This document shows positions 17,853-32,696 of a stretch of 64,000 nucleotides of DNA, piece after piece. This DNA comes from the human T2T-CHM13v2.0 reference genome, Homo sapiens. Made by a program: the position numbers and the translations under genes. The notes under the pieces are model-generated. The model was not told the DNA's origin. It saw only the letters and a program-made list of their open reading frames with translations, and did not search any database. The DNA is taken from NCBI RefSeq assembly GCF_009914755.1, contig NC_060926.1; one strand, given 5' to 3'. Position 1 is the first letter of the stretch, and each line of letters begins with the position of its first letter.

Positions 17853-18710
17853 AAGGAAGGAAGAAGGGAGATTATTTATTGTTTCAAAAGTCACACAAAT
17901 TCTACATTATTATTTTAGAAAATTCAAATCATTCTGAAAAATAGAGATTAAAAAGCTGAAAAGTGTATTTCATGCCACTCTGCTCCTGAACAGTTTGGTG
18001 ACTTTTTAAGTTTCCTTCCCAGACCTTTATGAGTTTACATACATGTACAGGTAAGGATGAAAAAAAAAAAAATCAAACTACACACATTGCTGTGCTTCCT
18101 TTTTCTTAGCATGTCTGGTCCATTTTTTCAAATCCTTTAGTAGACTTGTTTGTTTTTAAATGAGCCATGTTTGAAAATAGAACAATAGCAACATTCATAT
18201 GCACACTGATAGAGAAATGTTATATTTATCACCAATGGTGCTCAGGATGGCTCAGGATGTTGGTGCTCAGGATGGGGTAAAGTGACTCTTTAAGTCTCAT
18301 GACTAATCTTCTCTCAAGAGGAGGGGCTATGGAATCAGAATCACAAGCTAGCTTAATAAAGCCTTGAGAAATATTATCAAATAGCTGTCTTAGTTTCCCC
18401 CTCTGTAAAAGGGGGACAAGAATGTGTTCCATAGGTTGTAGTGCGGTTAAATGAGGTAACTCATATTTATGCTAAACACAATGACTGATGACTACAATGA
18501 TGACGATGATGGCAGCCGGGCGCAGCGGGTGGGGCTTAAATGGCAAGTATAGCAATACCAGGAATGGATGCCCCGGGGAGATACTTTTTATTAAGAGCTG
18601 CCAAGTTAGTATGGCTGTCTGGGATGTCCTCTGGAGACAGCCGACTCCGGGTTTGGAAACCTCAACGTCCTAGGCTTTCAGGACCTAGTGTTTGGCTAAA
18701 CCTCTGGAGA

Positions 18711-18894
18711 ACTACAACTTCCAGGGTGCACCACTTTCGCCCCGCCCATGACGTTGCAGCTCCCGTTTCTCGCCAGGCTCCCGGCCCGAACTACAAATCC
18801 CAGAAGACACTGCAGCCCCGCTCGCGTTCTCGTCTCATCATTCTTACTTTTGGAAGCGAAACTGCGGCCGCGTTGCCTGCTGGGAAATGTAGTT
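18711..18894. promoter_or_regulatory. Cluster of three ZNF143/THAP11-type (ACTACAnnTCCCA) motifs
   Basis: ACTACAACTTCCAGGGTGCA at 18711 (+), ACTACAAATCCCAGAAG at 18790 (+), and AACTACATTTCCCAGCAGGC at 18894-18875 (-). Confidence 0.75.
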
Positions 18895-18899
18895 CAGCG

Positions 18900-19071
18900 G
18901 TGGCCTAGCCCTTCAGGCCTGGCCGCTACAATAAGGCTGGCGAACTCGCAGCGCTTGAATACCCGTGGCCTAACCGTCCACTCGGAAGACCGGTCCCGCT
19001 CGGGAGGCTCTGCAGTCGCGCCTGGGGTCAGGGCCGGGGGCGAATGTGGCTCGCGTTCTAGGCCTCCCTGG
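18900..19071 (+). other. SMARCAL1: Candidate upstream alternative non-coding first exon (start approximate)
   Basis: Donor TGG|GTGAGA at 19071/19072 inside the CpG island. Confidence 0.55.
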
Positions 19072-19159
19072 GTGAGAAAGTGGTAGACTGGCAGGAAGGC
19101 GGCGGAGGCGGACGAGACCAATGCCAGCCTGGAGGAGGAAGTGGGCCAATGGGAAGGGT

Positions 19160-19221
19160 GAATCCAAGTGGAGATCGTAGGGGTGGGAGTGGGGCGTGGC
19201 GCCCGCTTACCTTGAGGCTGG
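19160..19221 (+). other. SMARCAL1: Candidate downstream alternative non-coding first exon (start approximate)
   Basis: Donor TGG|GTGAGG at 19221/19222, downstream of the CCAAT and GC boxes. Confidence 0.6.
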
Positions 19222-20278
19222 GTGAGGCTCGCCCCGAAATGCGGGGCGTGGGGGGCGGGGGGCAGAGGTCCCTGCCTAGAGGGGAAGAGGGGCGTCCATG
19301 TGGCGGAATGGATTTATGGTTTGGGGCTGATCAGTGGGTCTTATGGCCGAGTCTCTCTGGTTAGTGGAGACAGCTTACCAGGCCTGGGATCTGGGGAGTT
19401 TGGAGGTGCAGGAGATCCCTGGTTGGAAACTTAGGCAGGAGTGTGTTACCCAGAGAGACTGAGGGCTTCTGCTGTGCACCTCCAAAACCTTTTCCTAACC
19501 TCTTCACCCCTTCCTAACTGCTAATGGTTGGAGAAGGTGGAAGTTCTCTGGGGATAGATACTTCGTGGTGGGGGAGGGGGGAGGGGGGTTGGGTTCTGGC
19601 CAAAGGGAGCCCCAGCAGGGAAGGAAGGCTTTGAACCCTATAGCTGCCCAGAGGCCTAAGCAATGCTACTGGAGTACCCCTACATCATCATTGTAACCGT
19701 TACACAGCATTACATTAGATGCAGCCTATTTAGTCTGAACCAAGCCAGACAAATTGGTGTGTCCTGCCCGCTGCTTCTAAAATATTGTAAACATGTCTCA
19801 GCTCATAGGAAAATAAATGTTCCGGGTAAATTCATGGAAAAAAATAATCAGGGTGCAATATGGAATGTTTACAATGATCCTACTTTATAATAAATTCTTA
19901 TATCTCCTAAATATGTGCCATTTTGTTATGGATGAAAAAAAATCCGAACTATATACTCTAAATTATTAATTTCAACTGTGGTTATTGATGGCTGGTAAGA
20001 TTACAGAGTAATTTTATTCTTTTTTGTTTACATCTTTATGTAGCATCTTAATTTGCACAGTGAACACATAATTTTTTTTTTTCTGCTCCTTATTTTCCCA
20101 GGAGAGTCAGTCAGTTGCTCCGTGTGTTGTGTTGGAAGTCAGGTCCTAAGGCCAGCTGCTCTGGCTTGCACTGAGCCACAGGCAGACTGATTTGCCAGGA
20201 ATGATAAAAAGGGGTGAATGTGAGGGGAGAATTCAGTGTGCAGGCTATGGGAGGCTAATGCTTTTTTCCTTCTTCTAG

Positions 20279-20315
20279 GTTGGAAAAAGACTATGTTAGC
20301 AAGTGTCACGCCATG
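20279..20315 (+). other. SMARCAL1: SMARCAL1 5'UTR exon 2 (37 nt)
   Basis: Branch-like gctaat, pyrimidine tract and ttctag| acceptor; donor ATG|gtatgt. Confidence 0.85.
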
Positions 20316-20553
20316 GTATGTGGTTGGTTGGTCTATTTCAGTCTAATCTATTATGCTTTCTGGTTAAAAATGTCACCTTTCTCATTATCTGATGGATTTA
20401 CGTTGCAATGCATAACTTTCTTAGGTTCTGATAACTCACCTTGGCTGGGCCATGTGAGTTATCAGAAGAGTTACTCACCATTTTGGCAGTGCTTCGAACC
20501 ATTGAGTTACCATGTGAGTTACCATGTGAGAAGGAGAGAAATATTGCCTCTGA

Positions 20554-20877
<324 letters not shown>

Positions 20878-21091
20878 TGATCAGGGTCTTTATTTCAGCA
20901 TATGCTGCCTACTATTTCAGTGTGTGTGCAATTATAAAAGAAACTTTAATACATCCTTTAGTTGTGCTCATTATGCATTTTCTGGGACAAAAGCTTGTTA
21001 AAATCATGGTTGGAGTATGACAATTAATACATGTAATGTTCATTTCATTCTTCTTACTTTCTTCCACAGCTTTTGCCAACTTTCCAATTAA

Positions 21092-22021
<930 letters not shown>

Positions 22022-22679
22022 TAAGAGAGTGCATTGGCACATGCTGTCCATCCAGTTGTTAAAAATTTTTCAATTTTAGCTTGTTTCCCTTCATAATAGT
22101 CATTCCCTTAAACAGCTGCCAAACTTGATGGTTGTCACGTGGCCATCTGGAGAACAGTTGAATGTTACTGAGAAGACGCTTCCTCTGCCAGGTGCTTTAT
22201 ATGCATTGTAGCACTTAAGCTGAACAGCAGTTTTTTTGAAATAAGTAGATGTTATTTTAGTTTTTAAGGTGATGGAACTGGCCCAGCAAGATTAAGTGAC
22301 AGGCCCAGTTTCATTGGTCTGGAAAGGCAGCGTCAGGATGTGACTAGCTCAATTACAGGCCAGAGCCATTACTCCTCATACTGCTTTGCCTGACCACACT
22401 ACGACCTGGAGAACTTGGATTCTAGTCCTAACTCTGCCCTCAGTCCTCTTAGGTGAAGTTCATAACTTCCCAGGGCCTGAGTTGGATTCCACTACATGGA
22501 ATAAAAGAATTATCTATATTTACTATTTGTCCTCTACAGAGATTTTTATAGATCAGTGGGGGCTTGCTGGTCAGCTGTTTTGAACTTGGCGTCCTTCATT
22601 CATTCATTTAGAAGACAAGCTTGTGTTGAGTGCCTAAGTACAAATTGTCAACAGTCATCAGTCCTCTGTTTTGTTTCAG

Positions 22680-22730
22680 ATCCTGACACCAAGACGTGGA
22701 ACTTCAGCATGAATGACTATAGTGCCCTGA
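22680..22730 (+). CDS. SMARCAL1: SMARCAL1 exon 4 (end of HARP1: DPDTKTWNFSMNDYSAL)
   Basis: tttcag|AT...CTGA|gtaagt; 51 nt, phase 1-1, frame continuous with neighbours. Confidence 0.97.
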
Positions 22731-23715
22731 GTAAGTAGACACATGGTTGTCTCATGGAGGGTGGCACTGGTGCTGAAAATCTTTAGAGTATCACATGTAG
22801 TCCAGCTTATGGAGTGCATGGCTTTACAGGTGGTGAAAGCTTTCAGGGCACCCCCCCCAACACTCCTTCCCACTCTGTCTAGCCTAATGAGGCAGCTCTG
22901 TGGGTGAAGGCCGTTAGTAGTATTAACAAAAGCTAGCATTAAATGATGCTTGCTTTGCATTAGGCTATTCTAAGCCCCTTATGCTAACTTTTATTCCTTA
23001 TAATGACTTTTTTACAGATGGGGAAACTGAGGCCCAGGGACGATGAGTCAGTAACACAGGGTCACATAGCCAATAAGTTGTACAACTGGGATTCAAACCC
23101 TGACAGTCTGACTTCAGACTACACGTTCCCACCAGACTATGCTGGCCCCAGCAGTGACAGGCAGCTCAGGCAGCCTGCCAGCCCCTGCTCCCAGGAAGGT
23201 AACAGTTCAGCAAACAGCACAGATCCTCAGAGTACTCTCTGTGCAGCTAACTACTCAAAAATGCAAGGAGGGGGCATTGGCCAGGCAAGTTCCAGCTAAT
23301 GCAGTGTCTGGTCATAGTCAGCACCTGGTTACGTCCCTCTGTCTTCTGAGAAAACTGTCATACACTAAAGTTTTTGTCACTTGATCCTGGTACATGGAGC
23401 TTGCACACCTGTGTCAAAGCGTCAGCCCTGTGTGTTTTCATCTTCCATTTATTTTACTCTTCTCCCCCAGCTGCCATTTCTACACCGTCTCTTCCTCCCC
23501 CTAGCTTAAGAAAGGAAAAGATAAGGATGTATGCTTAGGTCACTTTGCAGATTTGGGGTATGAGGTAGGATTATCTGGAGGCACCAGTACAGTTTCTGGG
23601 AAAGGTGGTTTGGGCCAGTGATGGGACAGCTCCCTGCAGAATTTCCTGGTTTTCTCCTTGGCCTCCAATTCTTGAAATGTGTACATTAGGCGATATCTTT
23701 CTTTGGTAGCTGCTA

Positions 23716-24093
23716 GTGTTGTTAGTTTGCGAGGGCTGCCGTGACAAAGTACCACTGACTGGGTGGCTTAAACAATACAAATTTATTTTTTACAGTCCTG
23801 GAGGCTGGAAGCCTGAGATTGGTAGGGTTGGTTTCTTCAGAGGCCTCTCTCCATGCCCTGCAGGTGGCTGTCTTCTCTCTGTGTCCTTGTTTGGATTTTC
23901 CTTTGTGTGTGCAAATCCCTAGGGTCTCTCCCTTTTCTTAGAAGAACACCAGTCATTGGATTATCGCCCACCTTGGTGACCTCATTTAACTTATTAACCT
24001 CTTTAAAGGCCCTATCTCCATATACAATCACATTCTGAGGTCCTGGGCTGTGTGTTTAACATGAATTTTGGAGGGACACAATTCAACCCATAA
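23716..24093 (-). mobile_element. MLT1A-type solo LTR
   Basis: ttagtttg...ggtggcttaaacaa...ggacacaattcaacccataac. Confidence 0.8.
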
Positions 24094-24352
24094 CGCTGCT
24101 GCTGCTAGCTCCGTCTAGTGAGGGCTCATTTTTTAATCGATTTATTTGGTGTTGGAACGGGGAGACCCAAGGCTCTGGATAAAGATTGCAGATTTTGACA
24201 CCTGGTATTCTCATTGCTGGTGATCTTAAACCAGTGGTTTCCCCTGTTGCGGTTGTTTTGTCTTTTTACTCTTGTTCTGACCACGGTGCATGGTGACTTA
24301 GATGACTTCTGCTTTTGCAGATTCATTTAGGTTTTTTGTGTGATATCGTTAC

Positions 24353-24640
24353 TTTTTTTTTGAGACAGAGTCTCACTCTGTCGCCCAGGCTGGAGTGCAG
24401 TGGTGCGATCTTGGCTCCCTGCAACCTCTGGCTTCCGGGTTCAAGTGATTCTCCTGCCTCAGCCTCCTGAGTAGCTGGGATTTCAGGCGTGTACCATGCC
24501 TGGCTAATTTTTATATTTTTAGTAGAGATGGGGCTTCCTCCATGTTGGCCAGGCTGGTCTTGAACCCCTGACCTCAGGTGATCTACCTGCCTCAGCCTCT
24601 AAAACTGTTGGGATTATAGATGTGAGACACTGTGCCCGAC
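24353..24640 (-). mobile_element. Alu
   Basis: Antisense dimeric Alu. Confidence 0.92.
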
Positions 24641-26170
24641 TATCATTGCTTTGTGTAATGCTCCACATGTTTTGAAAACCATGTTTATTGGATACAAAAT
24701 TCTCCATATATACTTCTCAATGAAGCTCATAGAAGAGAAAAAAAATTCTCCATATAGCTTTCAGATGAATTTTTCTAATTGTTTGGCTCCTCTGCATCTT
24801 TACCAATGTGTTACACACTTGAGCTTTTGCCTGCTGAGATAAACCTTGAAATTCCTTGCCATAATTATGGATTTGTGAATTTCTCCTTGTATTTCTAAGT
24901 TTCAGATAGGTTCATGATTGTGTCTCATGATTGGCTTTTTATTGGTATAACATATAAAATTGTCTCTGTGTCAGTCTTTCTGTCATTTTGCTTTAGGTAT
25001 ATCTCTGGATTTGGCTTCATTAACCCTACCACATACTCACTGTAGAACATATTTTGACGTGTGAAGAAGAAAAACCATCCCCCGTAATCTCCCCACTCAA
25101 CTAACCATTATTAACATTTTGGTTTCATTCCCTCCAGCCTTTTTTCTATGCGTTAAAATATAAAGTTTTATATATGCATATAATTTGTATTTTGCCCTTT
25201 TAATTTAATACTCCAGCATAAAGCATATTTACTTTACTGAATGTTAACAGTTAATTCTAAGTGATGAAAATGTGTCCATTATCATAATGGGCCATTTTGA
25301 CCTTCAAGAAATGGTTTCGTGTTGTTGAACTACTTTTGTCTTTTCCAGAATTTTTAATACAAAATAAATTTTGATAGCTGTATAACATTCTGTCTTATGA
25401 ATGTGTCATACATTGCTTAAATTGTTGTTGTTTATTTTTTCCTGCTTGATTTTAATTGGCTGCCAGTTTTTCCAGTTTTAAAGCTGTAGAGGAACACCTT
25501 CGTACCTAAGTTTTTGTCTGTATTTTCAACTGGTAGTTGGGATAGATTCCCAGAAGTTGAATCATTATTCTTAGAGCTCTTGCTATAATTGCCAAATTGT
25601 TTTCCAGCAGGTTTTATTCCCAACTAGCAATATGGATATCTAATTGTTTCTCATCCTGCAAGTTTGAGAAGTAAAAAAGTATCTTATTTTTCTGATTATT
25701 TGTGAAGGTGAACATTTCTTCAAATGTTTCTTAGTCTTTTTCCTCCTGTTTTGAATTGGCTACACTACCCTCTTCTTTTGTGGTCTTAGTACTTTTTTAA
25801 AGCATGGGTTCTTTTTATATTTCTTTACTCAGGGTTTTTTTCCTTTCACTCCAGTGTGTGTCTGTTGACAGCTTAGTGTTACACAGCTGAATTTGTTCAT
25901 TATAAAATGCATCTGTAGTAGATGAAATAATGTTCAGAACTGTGTGTTTGTGACCTGGTGATCCTGGTCCTCACTCCTTTGTTCTCTGAGCAGTAGACAG
26001 AGTAGCGACCTAGGAGTGGGCTTAACTGGGTGATTTGTGGTGTGCTGACTTCAGTGGCTTCTCCGACACCGTGCCAGAAATTATCTAATAAGTTTATTCA
26101 TCCTGGCGAGCTTCCTCTTCCCCTTGTTAATTTCTGAATTTTAAATGTTTTGATGTGAAAAATGTAGGGA

Positions 26171-26451
26171 GGCCAGGTATGGTGCCTGATGCCTGTAATA
26201 CCAGCACTTCGGGAGGCTAAGGTGCGTAGATGGTTTGAGCTTAGGGATTTGATACCAGCCTGGGCAACATAGCGAAACCCTGACTCTACAAAAAATACGA
26301 AAACTAACCGCATGTGGTGGTGCACGCCTGTAGTCCCAGCTACTGGGGAGTCTGAGGTGGAGGATAACTTGAGCCAGGGAGGTTGAGGCTGCAGTGAGCC
26401 ATGATCACGGCACTGCACTCCAGCCTAGGTGACAGAGCAAGACCCCGTCTC

Positions 26452-26489
<38 letters not shown>
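26171..26489 (+). mobile_element. Alu (J-type)
   Basis: Dimeric Alu with long A-rich tail. Confidence 0.92.
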
Positions 26490-26678
26490 CTTACGGAGAT
26501 GGAAAGTTACATTCAGCAAATATTGAAATTCCCAAAGCCCCAACTAAAAAACACTTTCAAGTCTTCCTAATCTAACAGTGCCTTTTCTTGCCTTCCTGCC
26601 AAACCTAGTGCCTCTTGACCATGTCCCTTCCCCACTTTCTCCCTCTTCCCTTGCCTGTATTTCAAAGCCACATCATAG

Positions 26679-26960
<282 letters not shown>

Positions 26961-27324
26961 TAATTGGTCTTTGTCTGATTCCCAGAATGTGTAGTGGTCT
27001 GTGATCTCAACATAGGGTGTTTTTCTCTACCTCGAATATTCAAAAATTACTTTCTTGGGAAAGACTTCCTGTTCTGCTCCTCTTCCTATAGAAAGATGAC
27101 ACGTTAATTGTTCCAGATAGTAAACATACAGTGGTGGCTGTTTTGTCATAAGGCCTCCCAAAGAGAAGACCTCATAATATCCCCCTGGTCAATATCTTCT
27201 TGGTAGAAGCAGGTAAATTCCTGCTTCAGCCATTTAAAACCCATCTGTTTTTATTTTGGCCTTTGCAGAGCAGAAAAACAGGTGGTTGCCATAAAAATAA
27301 ATGCTTTTCCATATGCAAACTTAG

Positions 27325-27695
27325 TAGTTTTCAAACTTGAGCCTGCAGGGAACTGCCTGCAGGGGTTGTTAAAACGCAGCTAGCTGGGCCCCACTACTGG
27401 AGTTTCTGATTCTGGAACTTGAGCATGGAGCCAAACTTTTGCGTTTCTCACAAGTTCCCTGAGCTGGTGCTGCTGCTGGTGATGGTGCCACAGTTTGAAA
27501 ATGCTGGTAGTTCTGCTCTCGGCCTGCCCATCAGCATCACAGGGCCACTTCAAAAGCACCGATGCCTGGTTCTTACCCAGAGATGTTTATTTTGTCGGAG
27601 GTGGGGCTTGGACATTGTCGGGGTGTTTTTTGTTTGTTTTGGTTTTTTTAATCTTCCGATAAGCCTAATTATAAGCCAGTCTTGAAATCTACTGG
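27325..27695. mobile_element. MER5-type (hAT-Charlie) fragments
   Basis: tttcaaactt...ttgttaaaacgcag...ctgggcccca...gagtttctgattc is MER5A-like; a second MER5-like piece follows. Confidence 0.55.
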
Positions 27696-27715
27696 CCACA
27701 ACAGAATAGTTTTGC

Positions 27716-28030
<315 letters not shown>

Positions 28031-28526
28031 TGAGGTTCTTCATAAGCTCCCCCTTCAGAATAGGGGAGAAGCAGCTATAGATTCTGGACTCCTGGGTGTC
28101 ATTCTCAGCTTGGGCCACATTGTTTTTTAAAAACGATGTAGTTTTTATGGATCAGTGTTTCCCCATTCTTGAATTGGTTTAATCTTGTTCTTAATCAAGT
28201 AGAACTCAAATACTTAAAACCTCATGCCTTTGAGACCTCACATTCAAGCATTGTCCTGGAAGAAGCCTCTAGAATTGCTTGCTTAACAAGAGCTTTCATC
28301 AGGGTTTGGGTTCCGGAGGAGGCTGATGCTGGTTGCTACGTCATCATCCTTAGATGGATGCAGTTTGGACTGATGAGGGCAGACGGGTGAGCAGGGCACA
28401 GGGGAGTTGTGCGAGGCCCAGGCAGGTCGTGAGATGAGCTGCTCCACGACAGTCTAGATCCTTTGCCTTTCCTGCCCCCTCAGGTGTTTGGCTTCAGCTT
28501 GGGGTGGCCCTTAAAAGGCAACTACG

Positions 28527-28823
<297 letters not shown>

Positions 28824-29379
28824 CTATCACCAGCCTGTGAGATCACACTCCTGACATGGTCTGCATTCTGGGAGTGGGTACCATGAAGGTATGGATACTG
28901 ATCCTGCTCACACCCAGGTGTCCAAAAACCGTGATTGGTTCCTTTGCCTTAGCTGTTGTTCACATCTTTTCCTGTTTGCTGCTGTGCCACTGTGAGAATC
29001 AAGTTGTCAGAAAGGGCCTTCCCCTTCTAGTTCTGCATTTACGATTAGTCTGTCTGCTTTGTTCCTTCCATCAGGTTGTACCTGGACGACCTCGCTTTTT
29101 CCTGAAACTGACTCTGTGTCCATGATGCCTTTTTCTGACCACCTTGCTTTTGAAGGAATCATACAGTGAAGAATGAACTTTTGCTGCCCAGATAGCATTT
29201 ACTGAGACCAAGCTTTCTTGATTTTTCAAAAGATAGATTAGTAGAGAAATTCCTCTATTTAAAGAATCAGCCACCATTGGGTAGAAAGATGCTCACCTTT
29301 CTTAGTTGATATTGTGTGTAATTTATACTACACGATGCTGATTAGCAGATGATGTAATAATCCCACTAACAATAATTCA

Positions 29380-29740
29380 TAATAACTGGCTTTGGGGTGC
29401 TCATTGTTTTCCAGTCATACTTTTATAAGCATTTTCCTTTAATTTCATGTAAACAGTAACCTGTGAGGTAGGGGTTGTAATATCTTTATTTTTCAGATGT
29501 GGAAACTGAGGGAGAGGTGTTACAGTGACTTGCCCAAGGTGACATAGCTAGCAAGAGGCAGAGCCAAAATTGAAACTTTGGCAGTTTGACCACTGACCAC
29601 ATGCAACTTGTTTCCCATGTGTAAAATGGAGTTAACAACAGCCCACCTTACAGACTTGGGAGGGGCAGATGAGAGGGTGCCACTGAGTGTTGGCACAGTG
29701 CCGGGCTGAATGCGAATGCTGCATAGGTGTGAGCTACAGT
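29380..29740. mobile_element. MIR fragments (two, opposite orientation)
   Basis: cagatgtggaaactgagg...gacttgcccaagg, then tttcccatgtgtaaaatgg. Confidence 0.55.
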
Positions 29741-30055
29741 TACCATCCCTGTCACTCAGGGCATTTCTGACCTGCTAGACCCTCCCCAGCCATGTATCCT
29801 GTGGCACCTTTTATCACAACCCTTACAACCCAGTGTTGTCAGCATCTCTGCCTCTTTTTCCTCCCAGTATACTGGGGAAGCCTCCAGGGAAAGTACTCTC
29901 CTAATTTCTGTATCCGCAGTGCTAGGTACAGGACCAGCTGCCACATTGTCTAAGCTGAATGGAAGTTTATGAAACCAAGGAATAAATGAGTAAGTGTGAT
30001 CACGTAGCAGAAGGGCAGGGTGTCCTATTTGCTTATTTATTTCTTGTCATTGCAG

Positions 30056-30106
30056 ATGTCAAGACCAGGAAGTGGAGCTTTCTCTTGGAAGAGCACAGTA
30101 AACTAA
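30056..30106 (+). CDS. SMARCAL1: SMARCAL1 exon 6 (end of HARP2: DVKTRKWSFLLEEHSKL)
   Basis: ttgcag|AT...CTAA|gtgaga; 51 nt, paralogous to exon 4. Not in the ORF track; found by reading. Confidence 0.96.
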   Translation: MSRPGSGAFSWKSTVN

Positions 30107-31344
30107 GTGAGAAGCCTTCCTTACTTGTTTTATATCATGCTATTGTTAAGCTTTAATAATTCACCTTAAATTTGATGTATTTTTGAAGAATCTTCTCCTC
30201 CCTTTGCTGTGGTGGGATGCTTGAGTACAGGGTAAGTAAAGGTGAGGATGCAGCCTTGTCCACATCCACTGAGATGGTGGCTTTATGACAGCCCAGACAA
30301 ATGCCGGGCCTCTTCTATCATAAGGGTGAGGTGGCAGTAGTGAAATTTCCCAGGCCTGTGAAATCTTCCTGCTGTCATAGAAGTGCTAGAAGCATGGGTA
30401 CATAGACTTTAGGAATCAGAAGTGAGCTAGGATTGCTTAGCTTAGGTGGAAGTGACCATAGATTACTTCTAAGAATAGGCTCTCAGTGTACTTCTAGAAC
30501 TGGATGGGATGATCAAGAAAGATAGGAGAGTATCACTGGGAATGGACTTCATAATAGAGTTCTGTTTGGGGCAGAAGTCAAGGCCAGGGACTTAGGCATT
30601 TTAACAAGCACTTTACAGACTGACCAAGGAAAAGGGATATGTGTACAGATAGCATAAGTGCAAGAAGAGGAAGCCATTTTGGGTTTATCATTTTTCTTCT
30701 CTGTGTTTTGCTTAGATGGGGCAATAAATTCTAATATGCCTGGAAAAAGGAAATATGGTCATATCTCAGACTGTACCAGAATACCAGTCCCTTATCTATC
30801 TGGCTGTAACAATTCTGCATTGGGTTTGCAGCTAGCATGGCTTATGTTCCTCTGCTTTTCTCCTAATCCTGATGGCCTGTTGGGCCTCCCAAACCAAGGA
30901 AGGAGTCATTTGTGGGTACCAATCAGGCCAGGACAGACACGAGCCAACCCTGGGAGCTCTGAGTCATTGGCCATCTTCCCTGGCAGGCTAGGGCTTCAAT
31001 GTGAGGGAAAAACTGGGTTCCTTCCTTTTGTCTCCTTCTTATGTGACTTACTATGTGACATTGGGTAAATAATTAAACATTCTGGGTCCCATTGTCCCTT
31101 TAGTAAAAAAAGCGGTGGTCTTTAATCTCTATCTGCTCTCCTGACATAGGAATTAAATATAAAGGAAGAGCCTTTGGTTCCTTGAGCAAAACTTGCTGTG
31201 AACTACATGATTACATTTGAATATGAGATGGTAACTTAATAAATGCTGGCTGAAGCAGAAAGAATGGCTCACGGTGATCTTGAGACTCTCTGGCTGCTAC
31301 TATTTGGAACTTGTGATTTAGAGGGAATTATTTGGCAAAATCTG

Positions 31345-32696
<1,352 letters not shown>

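Larger units (their letters stand above)
18510..19330. promoter_or_regulatory. SMARCAL1: CpG-island promoter of SMARCAL1
   Basis: Sharp rise in GC and CpG against CpG-depleted flanks. It contains GC boxes (GGGGCGTGGC ~19191, GGGGCGGGG ~19252), CCAAT boxes (~19118, ~19145) and an ETS-like GGAAGT (~19137). No TATA box seen. Confidence 0.9.
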
